A stretch of DNA of 63,941 nt, the filler included, from Intoshia linei (lineage: Eukaryota > Animalia > Orthonectida), in assembly GCA_001642005.1 (NCBI GenBank). It is 9 parts of 9 records of this genome, joined end to end, with 100 filler letters (N's around TTAATTAATTAA, not from the genome) between each part and the next. Parts side by side here need not be neighbours in the genome. Positions count along the whole stretch, not along the records: positions 13,576 to 22,575 come from LWCA01001450.1; positions 22,676 to 31,807 come from LWCA01001389.1; 7 more parts are not named here. One strand, written 5' to 3'. Positions 14,206 to 27,500 of this stretch are shown here, piece after piece (position 1 is the first letter of the stretch; every line of letters begins with the position of its first letter). Below the pieces are notes generated by a model. That model ran no database searches and had not been told where the DNA came from. It saw only the letters and a list, made by a program, of their open reading frames with translations. The position numbers were made by a program, and so were the translations under genes.

Positions 14206-17200
14206 ATAAATAATCATCATAACATAACACATAAATCCTTGACAATTTAAATTTTATTAAATTATAAGTAATAATACATTTTAATAGCAAGTAAAAAATA
14301 TAAATAATTGTTTAAATAATATGTGACACTTATTTAATCTAAAATAAATGACTTAAAATAAATTTAACTATAATAAATAATATAATATATTACAAATCAT
14401 TAACTATTTAAAAATCTTTAAATTATAAGTTGTGTTACATTTTGATAGATAGTAAAAAATATAAAAAATTATGTAAATAATGTTACAAACATTTGATATA
14501 AAATATCAGACTTATAATAAATTTAACTATAATACTAATCATAATATAACACATAACATATACAATTTAAATTATATCAAATTATAAATACTAATACTGT
14601 TTAATATAAGGTAAAAAATATATAAATATAATTTAAATATTATGTGACACACATTTAATATATAATTTAACTATAACACATATCATAATATCACTGATTA
14701 TTTACTATTTAAAAACAATATAATTATAGCCAATGTTACTGTTTAATACAACGTAAAAAATATACAAAATTATTTATATAATGTGACACATTTCATGTAA
14801 AATTTAAGACTACATAAATTTAATTATTAATACGTTTAATTATAAATATGTTAAATTTAATAGGATATAAACAACATTAATTTACAAGTTAAATTACATT
14901 TTTATAATAAGTAAAAAACATAAAAAATTATTTAAATAATGTGACATAAATTTGATATAAAATTTAACTATCCTACATATTAAATAATAATATAATATTA
15001 TATAATATTAATATTATAATACTATAATATAACACATAAATCATTTAAAATTTCAATTTCATCAAATTATAAATAATATTACTGTTAAATAAAAAGTAAG
15101 CAACATATAATATTATTTAAATAATATGTAAATCACATTTAATATAAAATTTAACTATCATACAAATTATATTATCACACATATATTATTTACAATTTTA
15201 ATTTCATCAAATTATATATAATATTACTGTTTAATACAACGTATAAAATACTACAAAATTAATTAAATAATGTGACATATATTTGATATAAAATTTAATT
15301 ATAATACACATTATAATATAACACATAAATCATTTACGATTTAATTGTTATCAAATTATATATAATATTACTGTTTAATAGATGGTAAAAAATATTAAAT
15401 ATAATTTAAATAATGTGTAACACAAACTTAATATAAAATTTAATTAAAATACACATTATTATATAACACATAAATCATTTACGATTTAAAGTTTATTACA
15501 TTATAAGTAATAATACATTTTAATGGAAAGTAAAAAATATAAAATATTATTTAAATAATATGTGACACTAATTTGATATATAATTTAACTATAACACATA
15601 TCATAATATAAGACATAATACATTTAAGATTTAAATTTCATCAAACTATACTACATATTATATTTTAACAGAAGGTAATGAATATACAAAATTATTTAAA
15701 TAATGTGATACAAATTTGATATATAATTTGACAATAATACATATCATACTATAACACATATATTATTTACGATTTAAATTTTATTAAGATAAAAATATTA
15801 TTACAATTTAATAGAACGTATAAAATATAAAAAATTATTTAAATAATGTGATACAAATTTAATATATAGTTTACTATAATACATATCCTAAGATAAAACA
15901 TAAATCATTTATGATTAAAATTTCATCAAATTATAAATAATATTACTGTAAAATAGAACGTAAACAATATAAAATATTAATTAAATAATAGGTAACATCA
16001 ATTTAATATAAAATTTAACTATAACACATATTATAATATAACACCTAAATCATTTACGATTTAAATTTCATAAAATTCAAAATAATATTACTGTTAAATA
16101 GAAGGTATAAAATATAAAATTATATTTAAATAATATGTGNAACGTAAAAAATATAAAATATTATTTAAATATGATACATAAATTTAATATAAAATTTAAC
16201 TGTCATACATATTATAATATAAAACATAAATTATTTACGATTTAAATTTCATAAAACTATATTAAATATTATATTTTAATAGAAAGTAATAAATTTAAAA
16301 AATTATTTAAATAATGTGATACAAATTTAATATATAATTTCACAATAATACATATTATACTATAACACATAAATCATTTACGATTTAAATTTTATCAAGA
16401 TAAAAATAATATTACAACTTAATAGAACGTATAAAATATAAAAAATTATTTAAATAATGTGATACAAATTTGATATATAATTTAATATAATACATATCCT
16501 AATATAAAACATAAATTATTTATGATTTAAATTTCATCAAATTATAAATAATATTACTGTTTAATAGAAAGTAAAAAATATAAAATATTAATTCAATAAT
16601 ATGTAACATCAATTTAATATGAAATTTAACTATAACACATATTATAATATAACACATAAATCATTTACGATTTAAATTTCATAAAATGCAAAATAATATT
16701 ACTGTTAAATAGAAGGTATAAAATATAAAATTATATTTAAATAATATGTGTTATAAATTTGATATAAAAATTAGCTATTATACATATTATATTATAACAC
16801 ATACATCGTTTACGATTTAAATTTCATCAAATTATTTATAATATTACTGTTTAATAAAAAATAAGCAATATATAAAATTAATCCAATTATATGTGACACA
16901 CATTGGATATATAATTTAAGATTAAATTTAAGATAAACATTATAATATAACAAATTATTTACGATATAACAATTATTAAATTACAAGTCAATTTTTATAG
17001 AAAGTAATAAACATATAACATTTTTTTAATAATGTAACATCAATTTTATAAAAAATTTAACTATAATACATATTAAATTATAACAAATAAATCATTTACG
17101 ATATAAATTTTATACATTAGAAATAATATTACTATTTAAAAGAAGGTAAAAAATATAAAATAATATTTAAAAAATATTTGACACAAATTTAATATAAAAT

Positions 17201-20200
17201 TTAACTATAATACATATAATATAACACATAAACTATTTACAATTTAAATTTTATCACATTATAAATTGAATTACAGTTTAATAGAAAGTAAAAAATATGC
17301 AATACTATTGAAATAATATGTGATACAAATTTAATATATAATTTAACTATAATACATATTATAATATAACACATAAATCATTTACAATTTAAATTTCAGC
17401 AAATTATATATAATATTAAATTATAATNAAAGTAAAAAATATGCAATACTATTGAAATAATATGTGATACAAATTTAATATAAAATTTAACTATAATACA
17501 TATCATAATATAACACATAATTCATTTACAATTCAAATTTTAGCAAATTATATATAATATTAAATTATAATAGGAAGTAAGAAATATAAAAAATTATTTA
17601 AACAATATTTGACACAAATTTAAATTAAAATATAACTATAATAAATATCATATAATAACACATAAATTATTTATTATGTAAGTTTTATCAAAATATTGTT
17701 AATATTTTATTATAATAGTAAGTAAAAAATATAAAATATTATTTAAATAATATGTGACATAAATTTAATATAAAATTTAACTATCATACATATTATATTA
17801 TCACATATATTATTTACAATGTAAATTTTATTAAATAAAAAGTAATAATACATTATAATAGCACGTAAAAAATATAAAATTTTATTTAAATAATATGTGA
17901 TATTAATTTTATATAAAATTTAACTATACTACATATAATAATATAACAAATAATTTATTATTTAAATATTAAAATAATAAGTAATGTTATTGTTCAATAG
18001 AACGTAAGAAATATACATAATTATTTTAATACTATGTTACACATTTAATGTAAAATTTAAGACTTTATATATTTAATTATAATACACATCATAATATTAA
18101 AAAATTATTTACGATATATTACAAATTAAATTACATTTTTGTAGTACGTAAGCAACATATAACATTATTTAAATAATGTAACATCAATTTATTATAAAAT
18201 TTCATTATCACACATATTATATTATAACACAAAAATTATTTACAATATAAATTTTATCAAATTAAAAATAATATTAGTGTTTAATAGAAGGTAATAAATA
18301 TAAATTATTATTTAAATAATATGTAACACAAATTTGATAAATAATTGAGTTGTAACACATAATATAACACAAATATTATTTATAACTTAAATTTTATCAA
18401 ATTATAAATAATATTACATTTTAATAGAAGGTAATAAATATATAAAAATAATTAAATNACATCATAATATAAAAAATTATTTACGATATAAAATTTATTA
18501 AATTACAAATTAAATTACATTTTTATAGTACGTAAGAAACATATAACATTATTTAAATATGTAACATTAATTTAATATAAAATTAACTATTATACATATT
18601 ATATTATAACACAAAAATCATTTACAATATAAATTTTATCAAATTAAAAATATTATTACTGTTTAATAGAAGGTAATAAATATAAATTATTATATAAATA
18701 ATATGTGACACAAATTTGATATAAAATTTAATTGTAACATAAAATATAACACATAGATAATTAACAATTTAAATTTTATCAAATTATAAATAAAATTACA
18801 TTTTAATAGAAGGTAATAAATATAAACAAATAATTTAATAATCGGATACAAATTTAATATAAAATTTTACTATAACACATATTATAATATAACACATATA
18901 TCATTTACAATTTAAATTTTATCAAATTATAAATAATAATACCATTTAAAAGAATGTGAAAAATATAAATAATTATATAAATAATGTGATACAAATTTGA
19001 TACAAATTTTAACTATAATACATATCATAATATAACAAATTATTTACAATATACACAACATTAAATTACAAATTAAGTTACATTTTTATAGTAAGTAAAA
19101 AACATAAAACATTTTTATAATAATGTCACAGAAATTTAATATCAAAATTCACTGTCATACATATATAATATAACACATAAATCATTTACGATTTAAACTT
19201 TATCAAATTATACATACTATTACTATTCAATAGAAAGTAAATAATATGTGACATAAATTTAATATAAAATTTAACTATCTTACATATTATAATATAACAC
19301 ATACATTATTTACAATTAAAATTTCATCAAATTATATATAATATTACTGTTTAAAAAAAANAAATTTTATCAAATTATAAATAATAATACAATTTACTAG
19401 AAAGTAAAAAATATAAATAATTATAATAATATTGTAATACAAATTGATATAAATTTTAACTATAATACATATTATAATATAACAAATTATTTACAATATA
19501 CACAACATTAAATTACAAATTAAGTTACATTTTTATAGTAAGTAAAAAACATAAAACATTATTATAATAATGTCACATAAATTTAATATAAAATTTCACT
19601 GTCATACATATCATAATATAACACATAAATCATTTACGATTTAAATTTTATCAAATTATACACACTATTATTATTTAATAGAAAGTANTATTATATTATA
19701 ACACAAAAATCATTTACAATATAAATTTTATTAAATTAAAAATAATATTACAGTTTTATAGTAGGTAATAAATATAAATTATTATATAAATAATATGTGA
19801 CACACATTAGATATAAAATTTAATTGTAACACATATAATATAACACATAGATCATCTACAATTTAAATTTTATCAAATTATATATAAATTTACATTTTAA
19901 TAGAAGGTAATAAATATAGACAAATAATTTAATAATGTAATACAAATTTGATATAAAATAATACTATAACACATATTATAATATAACACATATATCATTT
20001 ACGATTTAATTTTTATCGAATTATAAATAATAATACAATTTAATAGAATGTAAAAAATTTAAATAATTATATAAATAATGTAATACAAATTTAATACAAA
20101 TTTAAATTATAATACATATTATAATATAACAAATTATATACGATATGCACTACATTAAATTACAAGTTAAGTTACATTTATATAGTAAGTAAAAAACATA

Positions 20201-22575
20201 AAACCTTATTATAATAATGTCACATAAATTTGATATAAAATTTAATTAAAACACATATAATATAACACATACATTATCTACAATTTAAATTTTATGAAAT
20301 TATAAATAATCTTACATTTTAATAGCAAGTAAAATTTATAAAATATTAATTTAATAATATGTGACACTAAGTTAACATAAAATTTACCTATAACACATAT
20401 AATATAACACATATATTATTTACGATTTAAATTATATTAAATTATAAATAATAATACAATTTACTAGAAAGTAAAAATTAATATATTAATATAATATAAT
20501 ATAATAATATAATATATTAATAATTATAATAATAATGTAATACAAATTTGATATAAATTTTAACTATATAACATATCATGATATAACAAATTATTTACCA
20601 TATACACAACATTAAATTACAAATTAAATTACATTTTTATAGTAAGTAAAAAACATAAAACAATATTATAATAATGTCACATAAATTTAATTTTAAATTG
20701 GACTGTCATACATATCATAATATAACACATAAATCATTTACGATTTAAATTTTATCAATTATACATACTATTATTATTTAATAGATGGTAAATAATATAA
20801 AATATTATTTAAATAATATGTGACATAAATTTAATATAAATCTTAACTATCATACATATTATAATATAACACATACATTATTTACAATTAAAATTTTCAA
20901 ATTATATATAATATTACTGTTTAAAAAAAAATAATATTATTAAAATAATATAACACAAAAATAATATAAAATTTAACTGTAATACATATTATAATATGAC
21001 ACATTAATTATTTACGATGTAAATTTCATTAAATTATATATAATATTACATTTTAATAGACCGTAAAAAATATACAAAATTATTTAAATAATATGTGACA
21101 CAATTAATGTAAAATTTAAAACATAAAATAAATTTAATTATAATACAGATCATAAAATAACCAATTATTTACAATATAAACATTATTAAATTACCAGTAA
21201 AATTACATGTTTATAGTAAGTAAAAAACATAAAACATTATTTAAATAATGTGACATATTANNNNNNNNNNNNNNNNNNTATTTACGATATAAACATTATT
21301 TAATTACCAGTAAAACTACATGTTTATAGTAAGTAAAAAACATAAAACATTATTTAAATAATGTGACATATTGATAAATATAAAATTTAATTATTATACA
21401 TATTTTAATATAACACATAAATCATTTANNNNNNNNNNNNNNNNNTTATATATAATATTACATTTTAATAGAACGTAAAAAATATAAAAAATTATTTAAA
21501 TAATATGTAACACATTTAATGTAAAATTTAAAACTTAAAATAAATTTAATTATAATACATATCATAATATAACCAATTATTTACGATATAAACATTATTG
21601 AATTATTAGTAAAAGTACATATTTATAGTAAGTAAAAAACATAAAACATTATTTAAATAATGTAACATATTAATAAATATAAAATTTAACTATTATACAT
21701 ATTTTAATATAACATAAATTATTTACTATTTAAATTTCATTAAATTAANTTAAATAATGTAACATATTAATAAATATAAAATTTAACTATTATACATATT
21801 TTAATATAACATAAATTATTTACGATTTAAATTTCATTAAATTAAAAATAATATTATTGTTTAATAGAACGTAAATAATATAAAAATTTATTTAAATAAT
21901 GTGACACGAATTTAATATAAAATTTAATTATAATACATATTATAATATAACACATAAATCATTTACGATTTAAATTTTATCAAATTATAAATAATATTAC
22001 AATTGAATAGAACGTAAAAAATATGAAATATGTATAAAATAATATTTGACACTAATTTGATATAAAAATAAACTATAACACATATCATAATATAACACAT
22101 AAATCATTTACAATTTAAATTTTATTAAACTATAAATAATATTACTATTTACTAGAAGGTACAAAATATAAAACATTATTATAATAATGTAACATAAATT
22201 TAATATAAAATTTAACTGTCATACATATTATAATATAACACATAAATCATTTACGATTTAAATTTTATCAAATTATAAATAATATTACAATTAAATAGAA
22301 CGTAAAAAATATACAAAATTATTTAATTAATATGTGACACATTTAATGTAAAATTTAAAACTTAAAATAAATTTAATTATAATACATATCATAATATAAC
22401 CAATTATTTACGATATAAACATTATTGAATTACCAGTAAAATATTATGTTTATAGTAAGTAAAAAACATAAAACATTATTTAATAAATGTGACATATTAA
22501 TAAATATAAAATTTAACTATCATACATATTTTAATATAACATAAATTATTTACGATTTAAATTTCATTAAATTAA
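14205..22575 (+). repeat. AT-rich satellite array, ~143-145 bp monomer, roughly 55-60 diverged copies
   Basis: Recurring unit ataatataacacataaatcatttacgatttaaattttatcaaattataaataatattactgtttaatagaaNgtaaaaaatataaaatattatttaaataatatgtgacacaaatttaatataaaatttaactataatacatatt. catttacgat occurs at 15331 and 15476 (145 apart) and at 16375 and 16662 (2 x 143.5). Confidence 0.95.
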
Positions 22576-22675
22576 NNNNNNNNNNNNNNNNNNNNNNNNN
22601 NNNNNNNNNNNNNNNNNNNTTAATTAATTAANNNNNNNNNNNNNNNNNNNNNNNNNNNNNNNNNNNNNNNNNNNN

Positions 22676-22803
22676 TTTCATTGCTACGCAATTTTTAAAT
22701 TTCAAATTTTCATTTTCAAAACATTTTGTTTCAAATTAATCAACTTAAACTACAACAACGAAACAAAAGTAATACAACTTTGTTATTATTATTTTTATAT
22801 TTA
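22676..22803 (+). mobile_element. Helitron internal fragment
   Basis: tttcattgctacgcaatttttaaatttcaaa... matches 35360-35472. Confidence 0.8.
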
Positions 22804-22804
22804 T

Positions 22805-24148
22805 TTATATAAAATTATTACAAAATTTTATAAGTAAAGGATGTAATGTATATAATTTTTTTGGATCTACACTAAAAAATTTTTGAGAATGCCTGGTATA
22901 AATGATATTATTAATAATACCCATTTGATCTTCTTGATCATTAAATTCTGCAATATCTTTAAAAATATCAGCCCCTTCAAAATCACATTGAGAATCGATA
23001 TCATGAACAATATTTTCCATATACACTGCTTCAATTAGTAATTTTTCGACATTAAACGTAAATTTTTTAAATATGTTAAAGCAAAGATCTTTGTTTTGAT
23101 TAGTAATTTTTTTTAAACACGAATCAGCCGAAGTAATAGTAATTTTGATTGGTGTATTGATATCTTTGTAATTTGTTTGTAAGCACTGTCTTTTTATTCG
23201 AGACAGTTCTTTTAAAATAATTAATTTTTCATTATTTGGTAAAACGTATAATTCAAAGGGATCTATTTATTAATTTAATGTAAAAAATGAGATAATATAA
23301 AATGTACCAAAAACTTGAGTTAAACCATCTTTGTACAAAAAATTAACAATTAAGTCTATTGAACTTTGCCAAATATCATGAATTAGAGATAGTTTGAAAT
23401 ATTTTGGAAGGTGATGCTCATTAATGTAATTTTTACAGAAACCGTCAAATTGGTAATTGTTCCACCTGAAAATTATACAAATTAAAACTAAATAATGTGC
23501 AAATAAACAATTTTTGGTCATTTTTTATTTTTGCATTTTTTTCAGTATGAATTTTTGTCAGTTTAGATTTTTGATTATACATTGCAAGAGGCTAAAATAA
23601 TTCATTATTATTTATTAACATATTAAAATATTACATTTAATGTATTATAGTTTTTTATTCTTTTTAACGGATTGACGTTAATTTCAATTGAATTTTGAAT
23701 ATTTACATCCTTCGCGTTCAAAATTTTCGATATCATTGTGGTACCAGATTTATATGATATATTTAAATTTGAATCAGAATCACATTCAAAGTCCAAATTA
23801 TTAGCATTTTTAAATTTTTTTAAACTTTCCAAATCAATCATATCACCGTTTTTCAATGATATAAGGTCCCATTCCATTATCAATTTTTTTTTAGTATTTT
23901 CGACAATTTTTTTTATTATCTAAAAACATATTCAATGCTAGTTAATTGCAGTTTACGTTTATTAAATTAACACCTTCTTTAATTTTTGAAATTTCGGGCA
24001 AGATGCATTGTTCATTCGCTAATTCTCCATAATTAATGTATATGTATTCTTTTAATAATGCAGCACCACGGATATTATCATATTGTGTTTCTCCAAGATT
24101 TCTTAAATCAGAAAGCATTTTTCGTTCCAAATCATCTGTACCAGTCAT
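22805..24148 (-). CDS. Hypothetical multi-exon protein
   Basis: Chain of minus-strand ORFs (23942-24148, 23623-23883, 23270-23521, 22805-23260) separated by short GT-AG introns. No domain recognised. Confidence 0.65.
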
Positions 24149-24544
24149 TTGTATATTTATTTACAAGTCAAGTAATTATTGGAATGTTTACGGTTATGTA
24201 TCATTAGTTACGTTTGAATTATTGCAAATTAATAAGTTAAAATGATATGTTACGTCAATAATAACATTAAATTTTAAAAATTTAGTTAATATTTAGCATA
24301 TCCACGTATAAAATTGACGTGTGCTAAGGATGTTTATTGTGACAAAAATTCAAAAATTTGCTTTCATTGCAAATCTCTATTATTATCGGATTTGCACATT
24401 CTTCCGCTTAAGAAATTGAAAAATAACTGCTATAAAATTTTTCGAGGTAATCCGAAATTTCTTTCAGCTATAATTGATTATTTAAAATTTAAATAAAATG
24501 TTTAAAAAATTAAAATGATACACGTTTAATAAAAATATACAATG

Positions 24545-27500
24545 TTATAATTTACAGCGTTTATCTTGATATTTAGTAAATACAGACTCCACGGAAAATG
24601 AAATATTATCATTTTTCAAGGATGCAAGTGATGGCAATGAACAAGTTCTTTTAATTCTTACTACTTTGTGGTTATTGTAACTAATTTTTGTTACAACCTA
24701 AAATATTCATTATTAGAACAAATATATAATAATAACTATATATTAATCAATTACAGTGTTAAATGTTGGCCGCAAGTCTTTATTAAAATTTGTACATTCC
24801 TTTATAAGATCAACTAGAAAATCTAATATACACGACGGAATTTTGGTCAAATCGATCTTTAAAAATCCTTTCGCTACCATGAAAAGTATCTAAGTTTAAT
24901 TTTGTTCATATTGTATAAAAAATATACGGGCTATTCCAATTTAAAAAAATCATGAAAATAAAGCCGCACTTCCCCACCTCTGATTAAGCCCATATAAAAT
25001 ATAAAATAATTAAAATTTTAACAAACTTGATCAGAACTAGATATATTTGAATAAGGGAGTTCTCCAGCGGCGATTTCAAAAAGAATAATTCCGTACGAAT
25101 ATACATCAGAAGGAAAATCGTAACAATCTGTAGTATTTTTGCTAATTCGGATAACTTCTGGAGCCTAATAAAAAGATTATTTCAATTTTCCATTCTACTC
25201 AAAATAGGCTTGTATTTATTGCGTCAGTATTTTAGATGGTTTGTCAGTAGAAATATTAAATTGTCAGTTGATATAACGGATTGTCAGTGTTTTAGATGCC
25301 AGTTGACAAGGTGTCAGTATAAATAATTGATTGTCAGTATTTAAATTGGAAGGGCAGTAATGAAAATTATTTTGTCAGTACTTAAATATACTGTCAGTAT
25401 TTAAATTGAATGTTCTGTATAAAATAAAACTGACAAAAAATGCTTCAATGACAAATATATCATCCACTACAGACCAAAGTTAAACGTGAAATATTAAGAT
25501 ACCATATTATACCTACAAACCATATTATAAAAAAATTAAAAATATTCTCTAGTCTCTGGTGTGAACACCATAGAATATTTCCAATTTTTTTGTAATATGG
25601 TTTGTAGGTATAATATGGTATCTTAATATTTCACTTTTAACTTGGGTCTGTAGTGGATGATATATTATTTTAAAAACTAGATTTTTAATTTTTATACTGA
25701 CACTCCAAAATCATCAAACTTACAATTCAATTTTTTTACAGACAAAATATTATTTTATGAAATTTGTTTATTACTATATACTTTTTTGTTGAGTTACTTA
25801 CAATTATCGATGAATACTGATCCAGTTAATATATATACTGACACAAATGAAATTATGTACTGATAAGAAAGCAATTAAAAACTGACAAATATGTAATTGA
25901 ATACTGACAAAGTACATTTTATTAATAATATTTTAATGTTTATACTGACAATTTTATAATGAAAATACAGAAAATTTTTTATTAAAAACTACCAGTATTT
26001 TAATTAAATACTGATAAATTAAATACTCCCCCTCAAAATATAATGTGGGATTTTAAAATAAATTTAAAGTTTTATAGGGGTGTTTAAGAATAATTGTCTA
26101 CGCTTTCTGGTTTGTTTAAATTACATTTGTATCATTATTATAAAAGTATCATGTTTTAAAAATAATATTTCACGGATTTACCAATTTAAGAAACACCGAT
26201 ATAGAGCAGTGATTCCCAACGTGGCCCATATGGACCATAAATGATCCATGGCGAAAAAATTTAACCAAAGGTTGATTGTTGATATCCAAGACCACAATTC
26301 ATAAAATCATTTACTTGTATAAAATTGACTGAATGAAGTGTGTTACCGTGTATTTAAACAATATGGAATGTAGTCCACGGAAAAAATTTTCTGGGAACCA
26401 ATGAAATAGAGCAGGGGTCGGCAACCAGTACCCCATAGAATAATTTGGTGACCCTTTAAGTAAATATGTAAATTATTCATTTTGAAATTTCAACTTTTAA
26501 ACATTTTTCTACCATATTTGGCTCATTATAATCATTTTAGCTCTGAATTTTAAGATCGTCCTGGATATTATTTTGTTGAATATACTAGAACCGTTTCTTT
26601 TTAGTTTAAATTGAAATTTATCATGTTTAAATTTTCAAAAACGGGGCCCGTATAATTTTTTAATCAAAAAAGTGGTCACGAGACGCAAAAGGTTGCCGAC
26701 CCCTGATATAGAGAATACTCCACTAATCATGTTTAAAAGATTTTTTTAATTGAAATAAAAATAAAATTACCATCCACAGAATAGATCCTACAGGGGTGGC
26801 AATTGGATTAGACCCTTTCCATCTCGTTTTTATCTAGAATAATTAAAATATGACAATGCAAACAAAAATTACGGTAGACAGTCCAAAATCCCCAATTCGA
26901 ATAGTTAATTCTGCATGCAAGAATACGTCTACATTAGACCATTTAAACAATACTACAAATATAATAATACTTTTCGATTTGAGATCATGATGTAAAATTT
27001 CCTTGGCGTGCAAATATCTAAACACGATAAATTAGATTTAAACCCGTAACATTGACTTGATGTTTGTAAATAATTATAATGGTGATAAAATAATGTACTC
27101 CATTCCTTGCGCAATTTGTTTGGCAATTTCCAGCATTTCCGAAGAAGTAAATTCTGTTTCCATTATATGGATATGTTCATACAAAGTTGAAGCATCGCAC
27201 CATTGTGTGACAATAGACAATTGAGGTTGCCAATAATATCCCATAAATAATAAAATATTGGCATGCCGAGTTTTTCTAAATTTAACCAATTGAAAATCAA
27301 TTTAGATTTTTACAATGAGCCAATTATAAAAAATATGAAACCTCAACACATCGACTTCATTTTTAAAAGATTCAATTTGTTCAAATGTGGGGTTTTCTAC
27401 TTTGAGTTGTTTTACAGCAACAGGACCATGCCACATGGCTTTATATACAGTTCCATAAGCTCCAGAACCAACTTGGTGGTCCAGTTTTATTTGATTAGAA

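Noticed and set aside
14205-22575. Satellite read as a CRISPR array or a repetitive coding gene
   Set aside because: There are no unique spacers, the whole unit is repeated, no ORF of 60 aa or more is present, and there are no cas genes in this eukaryotic context.
24545-24560. Raf C-terminus ...RCKL matches a PTS1-like tripeptide
   Set aside because: A three-residue match is easily due to chance, and the last exon is not confirmed by transcripts.
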